From an uncultured Arachnia sp. (GTDB lineage: Bacteria > Actinomycetota > Actinomycetes > Propionibacteriales > Propionibacteriaceae), in NCBI GenBank assembly GCA_947499145.1, contig CANMNB010000001.1:865-64864 (forward strand): a stretch of 64,000 nt of DNA. Direction: 5' to 3'. The notes beneath the pieces were generated by a model. It was not told where the DNA came from. It was given only the letters and a program-made list of their open reading frames with translations, and did not search any database. Positions 8,635 through 16,878 of this stretch are shown one piece after another. The position numbers and the translations under genes were made by a program. Position 1 is the stretch's first letter; every line of letters begins with the position of its first letter.

Positions 8635-9532
8635 CCGAATCCTCCTCATCGTAATCGCGTGTGGTCAGTAGGACTGCGGCAGCTCGGGCGTGACCTGCTT
8701 CGAGTCTGGCGCGAGATCCCTGTCCGGCGCAAAGCTCGCTTAAGAACCCCGCCGCGAAGGCGTCGCCGGCGCCGACAGCTTCGATGACTGATACATCTCT
8801 CGCAGCGGAGAAAGTTCGACCTTCCGAGGAGAACTCCCAGGCGCCGACCTCGCCGTCTTTGACGACCACCATTTCCGGTTCCGGCAATAGTTCTCTTACG
8901 TCCTTGGGGGAATCGCTGCCCCAGAGTTCCTCTGCTTCGTCGAGTCCCACGAAGACCACGTCAGCCTTATTCGCCAGGGACAGAAGTTCCGAGGCGGCCT
9001 CACCATTTTCCCATAGAGCAGCGCGGAAGTTGACGTCAAAGCTGACCAAGAAGGGTCTGTCGCGGGTCTCCAGAAGTTGGGCCAGCATCTCACGAGCTGA
9101 TCCCGAGAGTGCGGCTGTGACCCCAGACACGTGGACTACGCAGGCATTGTCCAGCTGAGGGCTTTTAAGCAGCGCAGGACCCAGCATTGAGCCGGCAGAG
9201 CCGGATCTGTAGTAGTAGACACCTACGCCGGGCTCCTTGAACATGACCCCCGTGGGCGCGGATCGGTCGACCACTGCACCGCCGACGTCCACTCCCCTGC
9301 GAGATAACACCGAAAGGATGCGGCGTCCCAGCGGATCATCCCCGACTCTGCCTAACCAGGATGACTTGCGGCCGAGTCGGGCTAGATGGCTGGCGACATT
9401 CGCCTCTGCACCCGCCACGTCTAGGAACACTTCCTCCGCACTCGCCAGTGATTCGGCGCGGGGCGGTGTGACGGAGATCATCGTCTCGCCGATCGCCACC
9501 ACAACCTGGTTGGTCCTGATGCGAAGCGTCAT
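8618..9532 (-). CDS. PfkB family sugar kinase (2-keto-3-deoxygluconate kinase-like)
   Basis: IGETM, GAEANVA, FDVNFR, GAGDAFAAG. Confidence 0.9.
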   Translation of the reverse strand: MTLRIRTNQVVVAIGETMISVTPPRAESLASAEEVFLDVAGAEANVASHLARLGRKSSWLGRVGDDPLGRRILSVLSRRGVDVGGAVVDRSAPTGVMFKEPGVGVYYYRSGSAGSMLGPALLKSPQLDNACVVHVSGVTAALSGSAREMLAQLLETRDRPFLVSFDVNFRAALWENGEAASELLSLANKADVVFVGLDEAEELWGSDSPKDVRELLPEPEMVVVKDGEVGAWEFSSEGRTFSAARDVSVIEAVGAGDAFAAGFLSELCAGQGSRARLEAGHARAAAVLLTTRDYDEEDSGDPIH

Positions 9533-9602
9533 GGCAAATCCCGGGTGCCCGTCATGTTCACCCCATCACCCGCGAGCCTCGTGGCGAGGACTTCGCCCGG
9601 TT

Positions 9603-10805
9603 CTACCAGTCATGGACGGTTCCATCCCGGAGCTCGTTGACCGGCAAGTACGAGGCAGAATACGGATGCCGCTCGGCGAGCGCGTCGTCGTAGTCGACGC
9701 CGAGGCCGGGTCGCTCTCCCGGAGTCAAGTAGCCGTCTTTCAGTTCGAAAGCAGGGTTGAACAGTTCCATCGTGCTCTCGCGGTACCCCCCGTATTCTTG
9801 GATGCCAAAGTTGTGGATGGACACGCCTAGATGGATGGCAGCCGCCATGCCCACGGGTGACACGTCTTCCGGCCCGTGCATGCCCGACCGGATGTGGAAG
9901 GTTGCAGCGAAATCCAGAGCCTTCCGCATCGCCGTCACTCCGCCGCCATGGGTTACCGACATTCTGAGGTAGTCGATGTATTGCTTCTGCAGGATCTCCT
10001 GCGCGTCCCAAAGCGTGTTGAACACCTCACCGATGGCGAGCGGTGTGGTCGATGCTGACCGTACGAGCCTGAGCGCCTCCTGGTTCTCCGCTGGCGTGAC
10101 ATCCTCAAGCCAGAAGAGTCGGTACGGTTCGAGGTCCTTGGCCAAGCGAGCCGCTTCGATAGGCGAGAGGCGATGGTGCACGTCGTGGAGCATGGGAACT
10201 TCCGCACCAAACTCGTTCCTAGCGGCCTCAAACATCGAAGGCACAAACCGCATGTAGGCCGGCGTGTCCCAAACTTCGACCAAGGGCTTCGCAAAACCGG
10301 CAGTATGGCCTGCTGCGGTACCCACCCCGTAGATGTCTGCAAGACCAGGGATGCCCACCTGCAGACGGATAGCCTTGAAGCCTTGCTCCTGCCTCCGCCG
10401 GACAGCGTCGAACAGTTCGGGGATATCACGTCCGGTGGCATGGGTGTATGTCAGCAGGTGTCGTCTTGTTCGGCCGCCGAGGAGCTGATACAACGGCACG
10501 CCGAGCGACTTGGCCTTGATGTCCCATAGGGCCATGTCGATGGAAGCGATGGCGGCCATCGTGACAGGTCCTCGTCGCCAGTACGCGCCGCGGTAGAGGT
10601 ACTGCCAGATGCGTTCGATGTTCTCTGCCTCCACCCCCTCTAGCAGTGGGGCAAGGTGGTCCTTGACGTAGGATGCGACCGCCAACTCTCGTCCGTTGAG
10701 GGTAGCGTCGCCCAAGCCCACGACCCCATCGTCGGTGGTGATGCGGGTCGTCACGAAGTTGCGGCCCGGGCAGGCCACGAGAACCTCGACGTTGCGGATT
10801 TTCAT
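9603..10805 (-). CDS. manD: D-mannonate dehydratase family enolase-superfamily enzyme (RspA/ManD)
   Basis: CPGRNFV, GDATLNGRE, GAYWRRGPV, HDVHHR, FWLED, AIGEV, NFGIQE, RDGTVHDW. Confidence 0.9.
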   Translation of the reverse strand: MKIRNVEVLVACPGRNFVTTRITTDDGVVGLGDATLNGRELAVASYVKDHLAPLLEGVEAENIERIWQYLYRGAYWRRGPVTMAAIASIDMALWDIKAKSLGVPLYQLLGGRTRRHLLTYTHATGRDIPELFDAVRRRQEQGFKAIRLQVGIPGLADIYGVGTAAGHTAGFAKPLVEVWDTPAYMRFVPSMFEAARNEFGAEVPMLHDVHHRLSPIEAARLAKDLEPYRLFWLEDVTPAENQEALRLVRSASTTPLAIGEVFNTLWDAQEILQKQYIDYLRMSVTHGGGVTAMRKALDFAATFHIRSGMHGPEDVSPVGMAAAIHLGVSIHNFGIQEYGGYRESTMELFNPAFELKDGYLTPGERPGLGVDYDDALAERHPYSASYLPVNELRDGTVHDW

Positions 10806-10839
10806 TCGAGTCCAATCAGGTGTGTGGGTGGGAGGCTTC

Positions 10840-11709
10840 TTAGCCCTTGGTTGCCCCAGCGGTCAGTCCGCCGACGACGTACCTCTGCGTGAACAGGGAG
10901 AAGACGACGATCGGCGCGCTCATGACGGCAGCAGCCGCCATCAGTCCTCCCCAGTCGATACTGGCGTAGGCCATGAACTGGTAAAGCGCTACAGGCAGGG
11001 TCATGGTTGAACTGTCGGCGAGCACCAAGGAGAAGAGGAAGTTGTTCCAACTAAAGATGACAGCGAGGATTGCCGCAGTCGCGATGCCGGGAACCGAAAG
11101 CGGCAGCGATATACGAAGGAAACATCCAAACTCTGTGAGCCCGTCGACCTGCCCTGCCTCGTCAAGTTCCTGCGGGAGGGACCTAAAGAACCCGGTCATG
11201 ATCCATGTGACTAGGGGAAGGCCGACGAACATGTGACTGGCGATCAACACCCAGAAGGTGCCTACCATGCCCGCCCTAGAGAAGAGGTAGTACCACGGCA
11301 CGAGCAGGAGGATCGCCGGCACGACACGTGCCAGCAGAATCACGCCGTTGAGTTTACCCATGCTGAACCGTGCGATTGACCAGGCGGCCGGGACCCCAAC
11401 AACCAAGGAAGCCGCAGTTGAGGCGACGGCAACAATGATTGAGTTCCTGATGAACAGCGCATAGTTGTTTGTCTCGAACACCCGCTCGTAATTCTGCAAA
11501 GTGGGATCGAAGATGAAGGTCTTCGAAACATCGCTAATTTGCACGTTGTTCTTGAGAGACGCCAAGACCATCCACACATATGGGAACAGGAAGACAAGTG
11601 CGATGATGATCAAGAGGGTGAAGCGGATGACTCGGTAAGTCTTTGCGGAGCGACTCGTCCGAGGCCCTCGGCCTCGTCCCATCTTGGACTGTTGCTGTGT
11701 CAAAGTCAT
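10840..11709 (-). CDS. Carbohydrate ABC transporter permease (MalG-like)
   Basis: EAA loop ELDEAGQVDG, WNNFLF, 6 TM segments. Confidence 0.93.
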   Translation of the reverse strand: MTLTQQQSKMGRGRGPRTSRSAKTYRVIRFTLLIIIALVFLFPYVWMVLASLKNNVQISDVSKTFIFDPTLQNYERVFETNNYALFIRNSIIVAVASTAASLVVGVPAAWSIARFSMGKLNGVILLARVVPAILLLVPWYYLFSRAGMVGTFWVLIASHMFVGLPLVTWIMTGFFRSLPQELDEAGQVDGLTEFGCFLRISLPLSVPGIATAAILAVIFSWNNFLFSLVLADSSTMTLPVALYQFMAYASIDWGGLMAAAAVMSAPIVVFSLFTQRYVVGGLTAGATKG

Positions 11710-12599
11710 TAGAACTCCTTGGTGGAACGGCGTACCGTGATCACGGCTGCGGCTAGGACGAAGACGAAGAACAAGACAAGAATCGCCGCAGCGAGTCCGT
11801 ACTCCATGTAATCGAAGCTCAAGCCGTACACGTAGACGTTCAGAGTCTCGGCCTCATTAGAAGAGCCACCGCCGGGGCCTTTGGTCGCGTAGATGAGGTC
11901 GAAGGTCTTCAGGGCATCGATACCGCGCAGGACTGCGGCCACGATGATGGTGTTCCTCAGGAGTGGAAGTGTCACGTGACGGATTCGTTGCCAGGCGTTG
12001 GCGCCGTCAATCAGGGCCGCTTCCTCAGGATCTTCCGGAAGGCCGGCCAAGCCCGCGAGCATGATCAGGACGATCAACGGAGTCCACTGCCAGACATCAA
12101 TCGCGATCAGCGTTCCAAATGCTTGGCTTGGTGAGGTTAGCCACCCTTGTGGCTCCACGCCGAGGCGGCCGAGGGCATTGTTTACGAATCCGATGTTGGG
12201 GTCGAGCATGAGGAGCCAAACTGCTCCGACAGCCACTGGACTCGTTACTAGCGGAATCATGATCACCGTTCGGATGGCCTTGTCACCCCGGAAGGGTCGG
12301 CGGAGCAGCAGCGCAATCGAGATTCCCAGGACCAGTTCCAACGAGAGTGCTCCGAGGGTGAAGAGCGCGGTCCGCCAAACCGCTGGCCAGAATCGGTTCG
12401 TGTCGGTCAGGGCAGCAGCGTAGTTCTCAAAACCGTTGTACGGTGCCGGGCCTGCTGAAGCAGGACCTGAGGTGTCGGTGAGGCTGAGATTCAGCGTGTA
12501 GAGGATGGGGAACAGTATGAGGCCTGCGATGGTAAGCAGGGCGGGCAGGACCATGCCCCAGCTGAGGAGCCGGGATCTAGTCTTTCGGCTGAGGGTCAT
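11709..12599 (-). CDS. Carbohydrate ABC transporter permease (MalF-like)
   Basis: DVWQWTP, EAALIDGANAWQ, TLPLL. Confidence 0.93.
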   Translation of the reverse strand: MTLSRKTRSRLLSWGMVLPALLTIAGLILFPILYTLNLSLTDTSGPASAGPAPYNGFENYAAALTDTNRFWPAVWRTALFTLGALSLELVLGISIALLLRRPFRGDKAIRTVIMIPLVTSPVAVGAVWLLMLDPNIGFVNNALGRLGVEPQGWLTSPSQAFGTLIAIDVWQWTPLIVLIMLAGLAGLPEDPEEAALIDGANAWQRIRHVTLPLLRNTIIVAAVLRGIDALKTFDLIYATKGPGGGSSNEAETLNVYVYGLSFDYMEYGLAAAILVLFFVFVLAAAVITVRRSTKEF

Positions 12600-12616
12600 C
12601 TTGCGCCTATCTTGGA

Positions 12617-12652
12617 GGTGAGGCCGCCCCTTGGTCAGAGGACGGCCTCACC
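12617..12652 (-). terminator. Stem-loop after the solute-binding protein gene (mRNA stabiliser or partial terminator)
   Basis: GGTGAGGCCG...CGGCCTCACC inverted repeat between the SBP and permease genes. Confidence 0.6.
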
Positions 12653-12668
12653 CGGGATCTAGTAGGGA

Positions 12669-14009
12669 CTACGACTCTGCGCCTGTCGCGGTGGCGTCCT
12701 CCTCGAGGAACTTCTCGAGTTCAGCCTGGGCTTCATCTGCCGCCTTCTGCACGTCGCCACCCTGAATCGCCACGACGAGAGGTCCGCCGACAATGTCACG
12801 GGCGCGACCAACCTGAACCACGAGAGGACGGTCATGTCCGATTCCGTTCTCGGTCGACACACGCATTGTCTCCGCGAAGTCCTCCGGGATACCGGAGAGG
12901 CTCTCAGGGTTCTCCCAGACACTGTTCCGTGCCCCGAAGACGCCCGCCTTCTGAAGGTCTAGCACCATTTCCTCACTGACTGCCCAGTCGATGAACTCCC
13001 ACGCCATGTCCGCGTTGGGGGAGTTCTTGTTGATGCCGAGGCCCCAGGAGGGAACGCTGTACGGGTGAGAACCGGCGGGTCCTGCCGGAAGTGGGGCGAC
13101 CCCGAGGTCCTCTTCTGCGATGGTGGAGGTTCCCTCCTTGATCAGTTCGGACCAGAAGACCTCCGCGTCGATGTACATTGCGAGCTTGCCCTGCTGGAAG
13201 AGCGGATTGAGCTGCTCCGTGCTCATCGATTCTACGCCAACTGGTCCGTATTCCCGCAGCAGGCGGCCATACGTCTCGTAAGCCTGGACAGCCTCAGGCG
13301 TATTGACCGAAGCCTCTCCGTCAGTGATGAAGTCACCCCCGTGGCTGTAGAGGAAGCCAGAGAACTGAGTCACGGCGGGGGAACGCATCCCCCGCATCCC
13401 GTACCCGAAGAGCCCGGAATCGGGATCATGGAGGGCAGCTGCTGCTTCCTCTAGTTCTTCCATAGTGGCAGGGGCTTCGAGGCCCGCCTCAGCGAAGAGA
13501 TCCTTGCGGTAGAACAGGACCTCTCGTTCCGTCACGATGGGAACGCCGTACAGGCCGTCCTCGTATCGGAGCGTGTTCATCATGGACTCCTGGAAGTCAT
13601 CGATGTTGAACTCGCCCTCTGCGTAGTCAGTGAGTTCCAAGAGCCATCCGTTGCGGGAGAACTGGAGTGCTTCCTGCAGCGGCCGATACATCATGACATC
13701 GAGATCATCGGCCTGCGCGTTCAGGCGAACGTTGTACATGGTCGACAACTGGTCCGCTTGGAAGGAGCTCAAGTCGACCTTGACGCCATGCTCTTCCTCA
13801 AATTCAGGGATGCGCTCCTTGATGTAGTCAGTCCAAGGGTGGTTCGCAACAGCGACTCGCAGCACCTCAGTGGTGGCAGCATTCGTCTCTTCGGACGGCG
13901 CGGCGGCTTCTTCGGCTCCGTTGTCTCCATCGCCGCACGCGGTGAGCGCCAAGGAGACGGCGCAAGCCAAACCTGCGAGCCTCCCGATCTTACTTAGGTT
14001 TCGCGACAT
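12669..14009 (-). CDS. Sugar ABC transporter substrate-binding lipoprotein
   Basis: Signal peptide with lipobox LALTAC; CUT1 SBP motifs (LFYRKDL, PATMEEL). AAGGAAGG RBS before ATG 14009. Confidence 0.92.
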   Translation of the reverse strand: MSRNLSKIGRLAGLACAVSLALTACGDGDNGAEEAAAPSEETNAATTEVLRVAVANHPWTDYIKERIPEFEEEHGVKVDLSSFQADQLSTMYNVRLNAQADDLDVMMYRPLQEALQFSRNGWLLELTDYAEGEFNIDDFQESMMNTLRYEDGLYGVPIVTEREVLFYRKDLFAEAGLEAPATMEELEEAAAALHDPDSGLFGYGMRGMRSPAVTQFSGFLYSHGGDFITDGEASVNTPEAVQAYETYGRLLREYGPVGVESMSTEQLNPLFQQGKLAMYIDAEVFWSELIKEGTSTIAEEDLGVAPLPAGPAGSHPYSVPSWGLGINKNSPNADMAWEFIDWAVSEEMVLDLQKAGVFGARNSVWENPESLSGIPEDFAETMRVSTENGIGHDRPLVVQVGRARDIVGGPLVVAIQGGDVQKAADEAQAELEKFLEEDATATGAES

Positions 14010-14069
14010 GTCGCGGCCCTTCCTTTCTAATTGGCTCAGCTTTGAGCACATTATCTTGCGGAAAAATCA

Positions 14070-15209
14070 TCACCATTCGGCGAATGAGCCGTCCCGGTGC
14101 GCATAGTAAGGAGAATCCCACTTCCCATCGAATTCTTGGTTGCGCAAGGCGTCTTCGTCCACTTCGATCCCCAACCCCGGATTGTTCGAAACTCGAATGA
14201 ATCCGTTCTCGATCTGAAATGGAGTAGTGAGCAGACCATGTCCCAGATCTCTGCCGTCTCCCATGCCAGGATGCTCCTGAACAAGCAGATTGGGGATAAC
14301 AGCACCGAGCTGGAGGCAGGACGCCAAAGACACCGGCCCAAGCGGGTTGTGGGGCGCTACCGAAACGTAATCAGCTTCTGCCATACCCGCGATTAGCCGC
14401 GTCTCGAATATACCGCCGGCGTGGCAAAGGTCAGGCTGAACGACATCGACGGCACGTTCTCTCAGCAGCTCCGCAAACCCAAACTTGGTGAATATGCGTT
14501 CACCCGAAGCAATCGGAACTGATGTTCGGCGGCGGATCTCCCCCAAGACGCTGGGACGCTCTGGAAGGCACGGTTCCTCGACAAAGGCCGGTCGATAAGG
14601 CGCGATGGCTTCGATCAGTGAGACCGCCATCGCGGGGCCCACACGGCCGTGGAAGTCGATGGCTATGTCAACCTCTGGGCCCACCGCCTCACGCAGACTC
14701 GAGAAGCGGCGAGCCTGTTCGTCCACATAGCGCTTAGTGTCGATGATCTCTACGGGGCCAGGGAGGGCCGTCTTGACCATGGTGAAGCCCGCAGCCTTGG
14801 CAGCTATTGCTGTGGAGACCAGCTCTTCAAGGCTGTCGGAGCCCCCGCCGACGTGGGGATACATCCTGATTCGGTCCCGTACACGCCCCCCAAGCAGGTC
14901 TGCGACCGAGCAGTTCAAAGCCTTCCCGCTGATGTCGTACATCGCCTGCTCGAGACCGCTGATCGCAGACACCAGCACCGGACCGCCCCGGTAGAAGGCA
15001 GAGCGGTACATGTGTTGCCAATGCTGCTGGATGCGCCGAGGATCCTTACCGACGAGGTACTCGCTCAGCTGATCGACCATCGCAGCCACCACGCGGCTTT
15101 GGCCCTCGACCACGGGCTCCCCGTACCCGGTAACACCCTTATCGGTACGGACCTCAACAATGAGCCACCGCGGCTTCACATGGAACACTTCAACTGACGT
15201 GATCTTCAT
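14070..15209 (-). CDS. dgoD: Galactonate dehydratase
   Basis: MKIT....PRW...TD.G..G.GEP..EG, FYRGGP, DFHGR, FVEEP, SGER, QPD, HNPLGP. Confidence 0.88.
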   Translation of the reverse strand: MKITSVEVFHVKPRWLIVEVRTDKGVTGYGEPVVEGQSRVVAAMVDQLSEYLVGKDPRRIQQHWQHMYRSAFYRGGPVLVSAISGLEQAMYDISGKALNCSVADLLGGRVRDRIRMYPHVGGGSDSLEELVSTAIAAKAAGFTMVKTALPGPVEIIDTKRYVDEQARRFSSLREAVGPEVDIAIDFHGRVGPAMAVSLIEAIAPYRPAFVEEPCLPERPSVLGEIRRRTSVPIASGERIFTKFGFAELLRERAVDVVQPDLCHAGGIFETRLIAGMAEADYVSVAPHNPLGPVSLASCLQLGAVIPNLLVQEHPGMGDGRDLGHGLLTTPFQIENGFIRVSNNPGLGIEVDEDALRNQEFDGKWDSPYYAHRDGSFAEW

Positions 15210-15982
15210 CGCCGCTCCTCCGCGTGGACATTGCCATCTAGCAGCTGGCCGCCCACTCCGACACTGATCTGGGACACCGCTTCCCGTATCACGGGGAGCT
15301 CGCCTTCCAATGCGTCAAGGTCGGCGAGCGCCTTCAGCGCCGTGACGGACAACGCAGCCTGCACGCGTCCTCGGGCATCGAATATGGGAAGCGAGACACA
15401 GTTCACATAGGGCTCGTGCTCGCCGTCGTCGATGGCCCAGCCTCGCACGCGCGTCTGCTCCAACTCCGCCGCGTACTCCTCGCGGGAAGTGATGGTCGTC
15501 TCGGTGTAGCGTCGAAAATCACAGCGGGAGATCAGTCGGCTGCGCTGGGCAGGGCCTGCGTAGGCAAGGATGGCCTTGGCGACACCCGAGGTATGCAGTT
15601 CGACAGGCGTTCCGATTCGGGAGTGCATTCGAAGCGCTCCAGCCCCTTCAACCTTGTCTACATACACAACTTCGTCATCAACGAGTTGCGCCAAGTGAAT
15701 CGTGTGTCCCAGTTGACGGCTAAGCGCCAAGAGATGCTCATGGGCAACCTCTCTGAGGACAATCGAGTCAAGCGCACGGTTGGCGGCGGCTATGAGGGCG
15801 AATCCTAGACCCCATTTGGAATCCTGAGTCCTGCGCGCGTACCCACGCCCTTCCAATGATTGGAGGAGGCGGAGGGCGGTCGAGCGGTGAACCTCTAGCG
15901 CCTGTGCAATCGCGCTCAGTGCCATGGGCCTCTCGGCGATGAGGTCGAGGATGGCTAGTCCCCGTTCTAGAGATTGAGACAT
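15206..15982 (-). CDS. IclR family transcriptional regulator
   Basis: MSQSLERGLAILD..., HRSTALRLL HTH, SGVAKAILA, GWAIDDGEHE. Confidence 0.93.
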   Translation of the reverse strand: MSQSLERGLAILDLIAERPMALSAIAQALEVHRSTALRLLQSLEGRGYARRTQDSKWGLGFALIAAANRALDSIVLREVAHEHLLALSRQLGHTIHLAQLVDDEVVYVDKVEGAGALRMHSRIGTPVELHTSGVAKAILAYAGPAQRSRLISRCDFRRYTETTITSREEYAAELEQTRVRGWAIDDGEHEPYVNCVSLPIFDARGRVQAALSVTALKALADLDALEGELPVIREAVSQISVGVGGQLLDGNVHAEERR

Positions 15983-16006
15983 CGTCGCCCCCTCTGTTGC
16001 CTAATT

Positions 16007-16022
16007 TGCACATCCATGTGCA
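16007..16022. promoter_or_regulatory. Palindromic candidate IclR operator
   Basis: TGCACAT-CC-ATGTGCA, 25 bp upstream of the iclR start codon. Confidence 0.6.
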
Positions 16023-16286
16023 CTTGATGCACAGCCTAAGAGGGTCCGACGTGAGCTGTCAACCACGACACCGATCGAGGCTGGTCCACGTTGGACAGCA
16101 GCAGTGCCGTCTTGTACAACATGGGAACCCGGGGCTGGCCAGACGAACTGTCGCCGATCGCACGAGGCTCCAGCGTGCGTCCGGTCGAGACCCCATGACA
16201 TTGGTTTGGCATCGATCGCCGGCTGTAGCCTCGGCCCACTCACCCGATGACACACAACCGGAGGTTGCAGGGCGCCGGGCCGAGAG

Positions 16287-16335
16287 CTGGGCATAGATTC
16301 GCGATGCAAGCGGTGCACGAACACTCTCTACCCAG
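16287..16335 (+). repeat. Dispersed att-like repeat, copy 4 (most symmetric)
   Basis: CTGGGCATAGATTCGCGATGCAAGCGGTGCACGAACACTCTCTACCCAG. The dyads CTGGG/CCCAG and TGCA/TGCA are both centred on 16311. Confidence 0.85.
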
Positions 16336-16509
16336 TCTCATAGAGCGCCCCAAGGGAGCCCGAACCTTGAGCAGTCCGAGAGCATGACACGGGCTGTGTG
16401 ACGCAAACAGCATGCTGGCTCTACCCAGGTGTACACCTAGGCTCGCCACCCAAGTGGGGTCCGTGCCGCCGAAGGAATGGCCTGCTTGGCGGACTTTGGC
16501 TAGAAGTCT

Positions 16510-16878
16510 ATGCAGGCGGGAGCCGGCACGTTGTCGACGACGCACTCGCACTCGGCAACGTCCACCATCGACCGTCTGGCGGCGCGCGTGGCTCAATCGG
16601 GAGTGATCAGCATCGACGAGGCGATGCGCCAGATCGCGCACAACATCAACTTCATCGTGCACGTGATGCTGGTGGACGACACGTGGCGCGGTGGGACGAG
16701 GCGTCGCTTCGTGAGCGAGGTCCGGCAGCTCACGGGAAGCATCGAGGACAGTCGGCCCACCACCCACCTTGTCTACCGGGCAGCGACGGCCACAGCTCCG
16801 GAACTCTTCCACCCGGAGGCTGCGATGGCCGCCGAGCTGGCTCCGTTCGATCCGGGGGTGGCGGAATGGAGACGGTGA
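16510..16878 (+). pseudogene. tadA: 3' remnant of Tad/Flp pilus assembly ATPase TadA/CpaF
   Basis: MQAGAGTLSTTHSHSA...IDRL...RFVSEV is the post-Walker-B part of CpaF. Walker A and B are absent, there is an in-frame TAG at 16501, and a GTGA overlap with tadB. Confidence 0.85.

Noticed and set aside
3119-16313. The dispersed repeat as a CRISPR array
   Set aside because: Spacing is kilobases and irregular, with no cas genes and no uniform spacers.
16398-16874. N-terminal extension of the 442-aa tadB ORF, and SGVRAAE upstream of the tadA remnant as a possible Walker B relic
   Set aside because: The extension overlaps tadA in another frame. The spacing from VRAAE to MQAG is longer than expected for CpaF and contains a stop, so it is not convincing.
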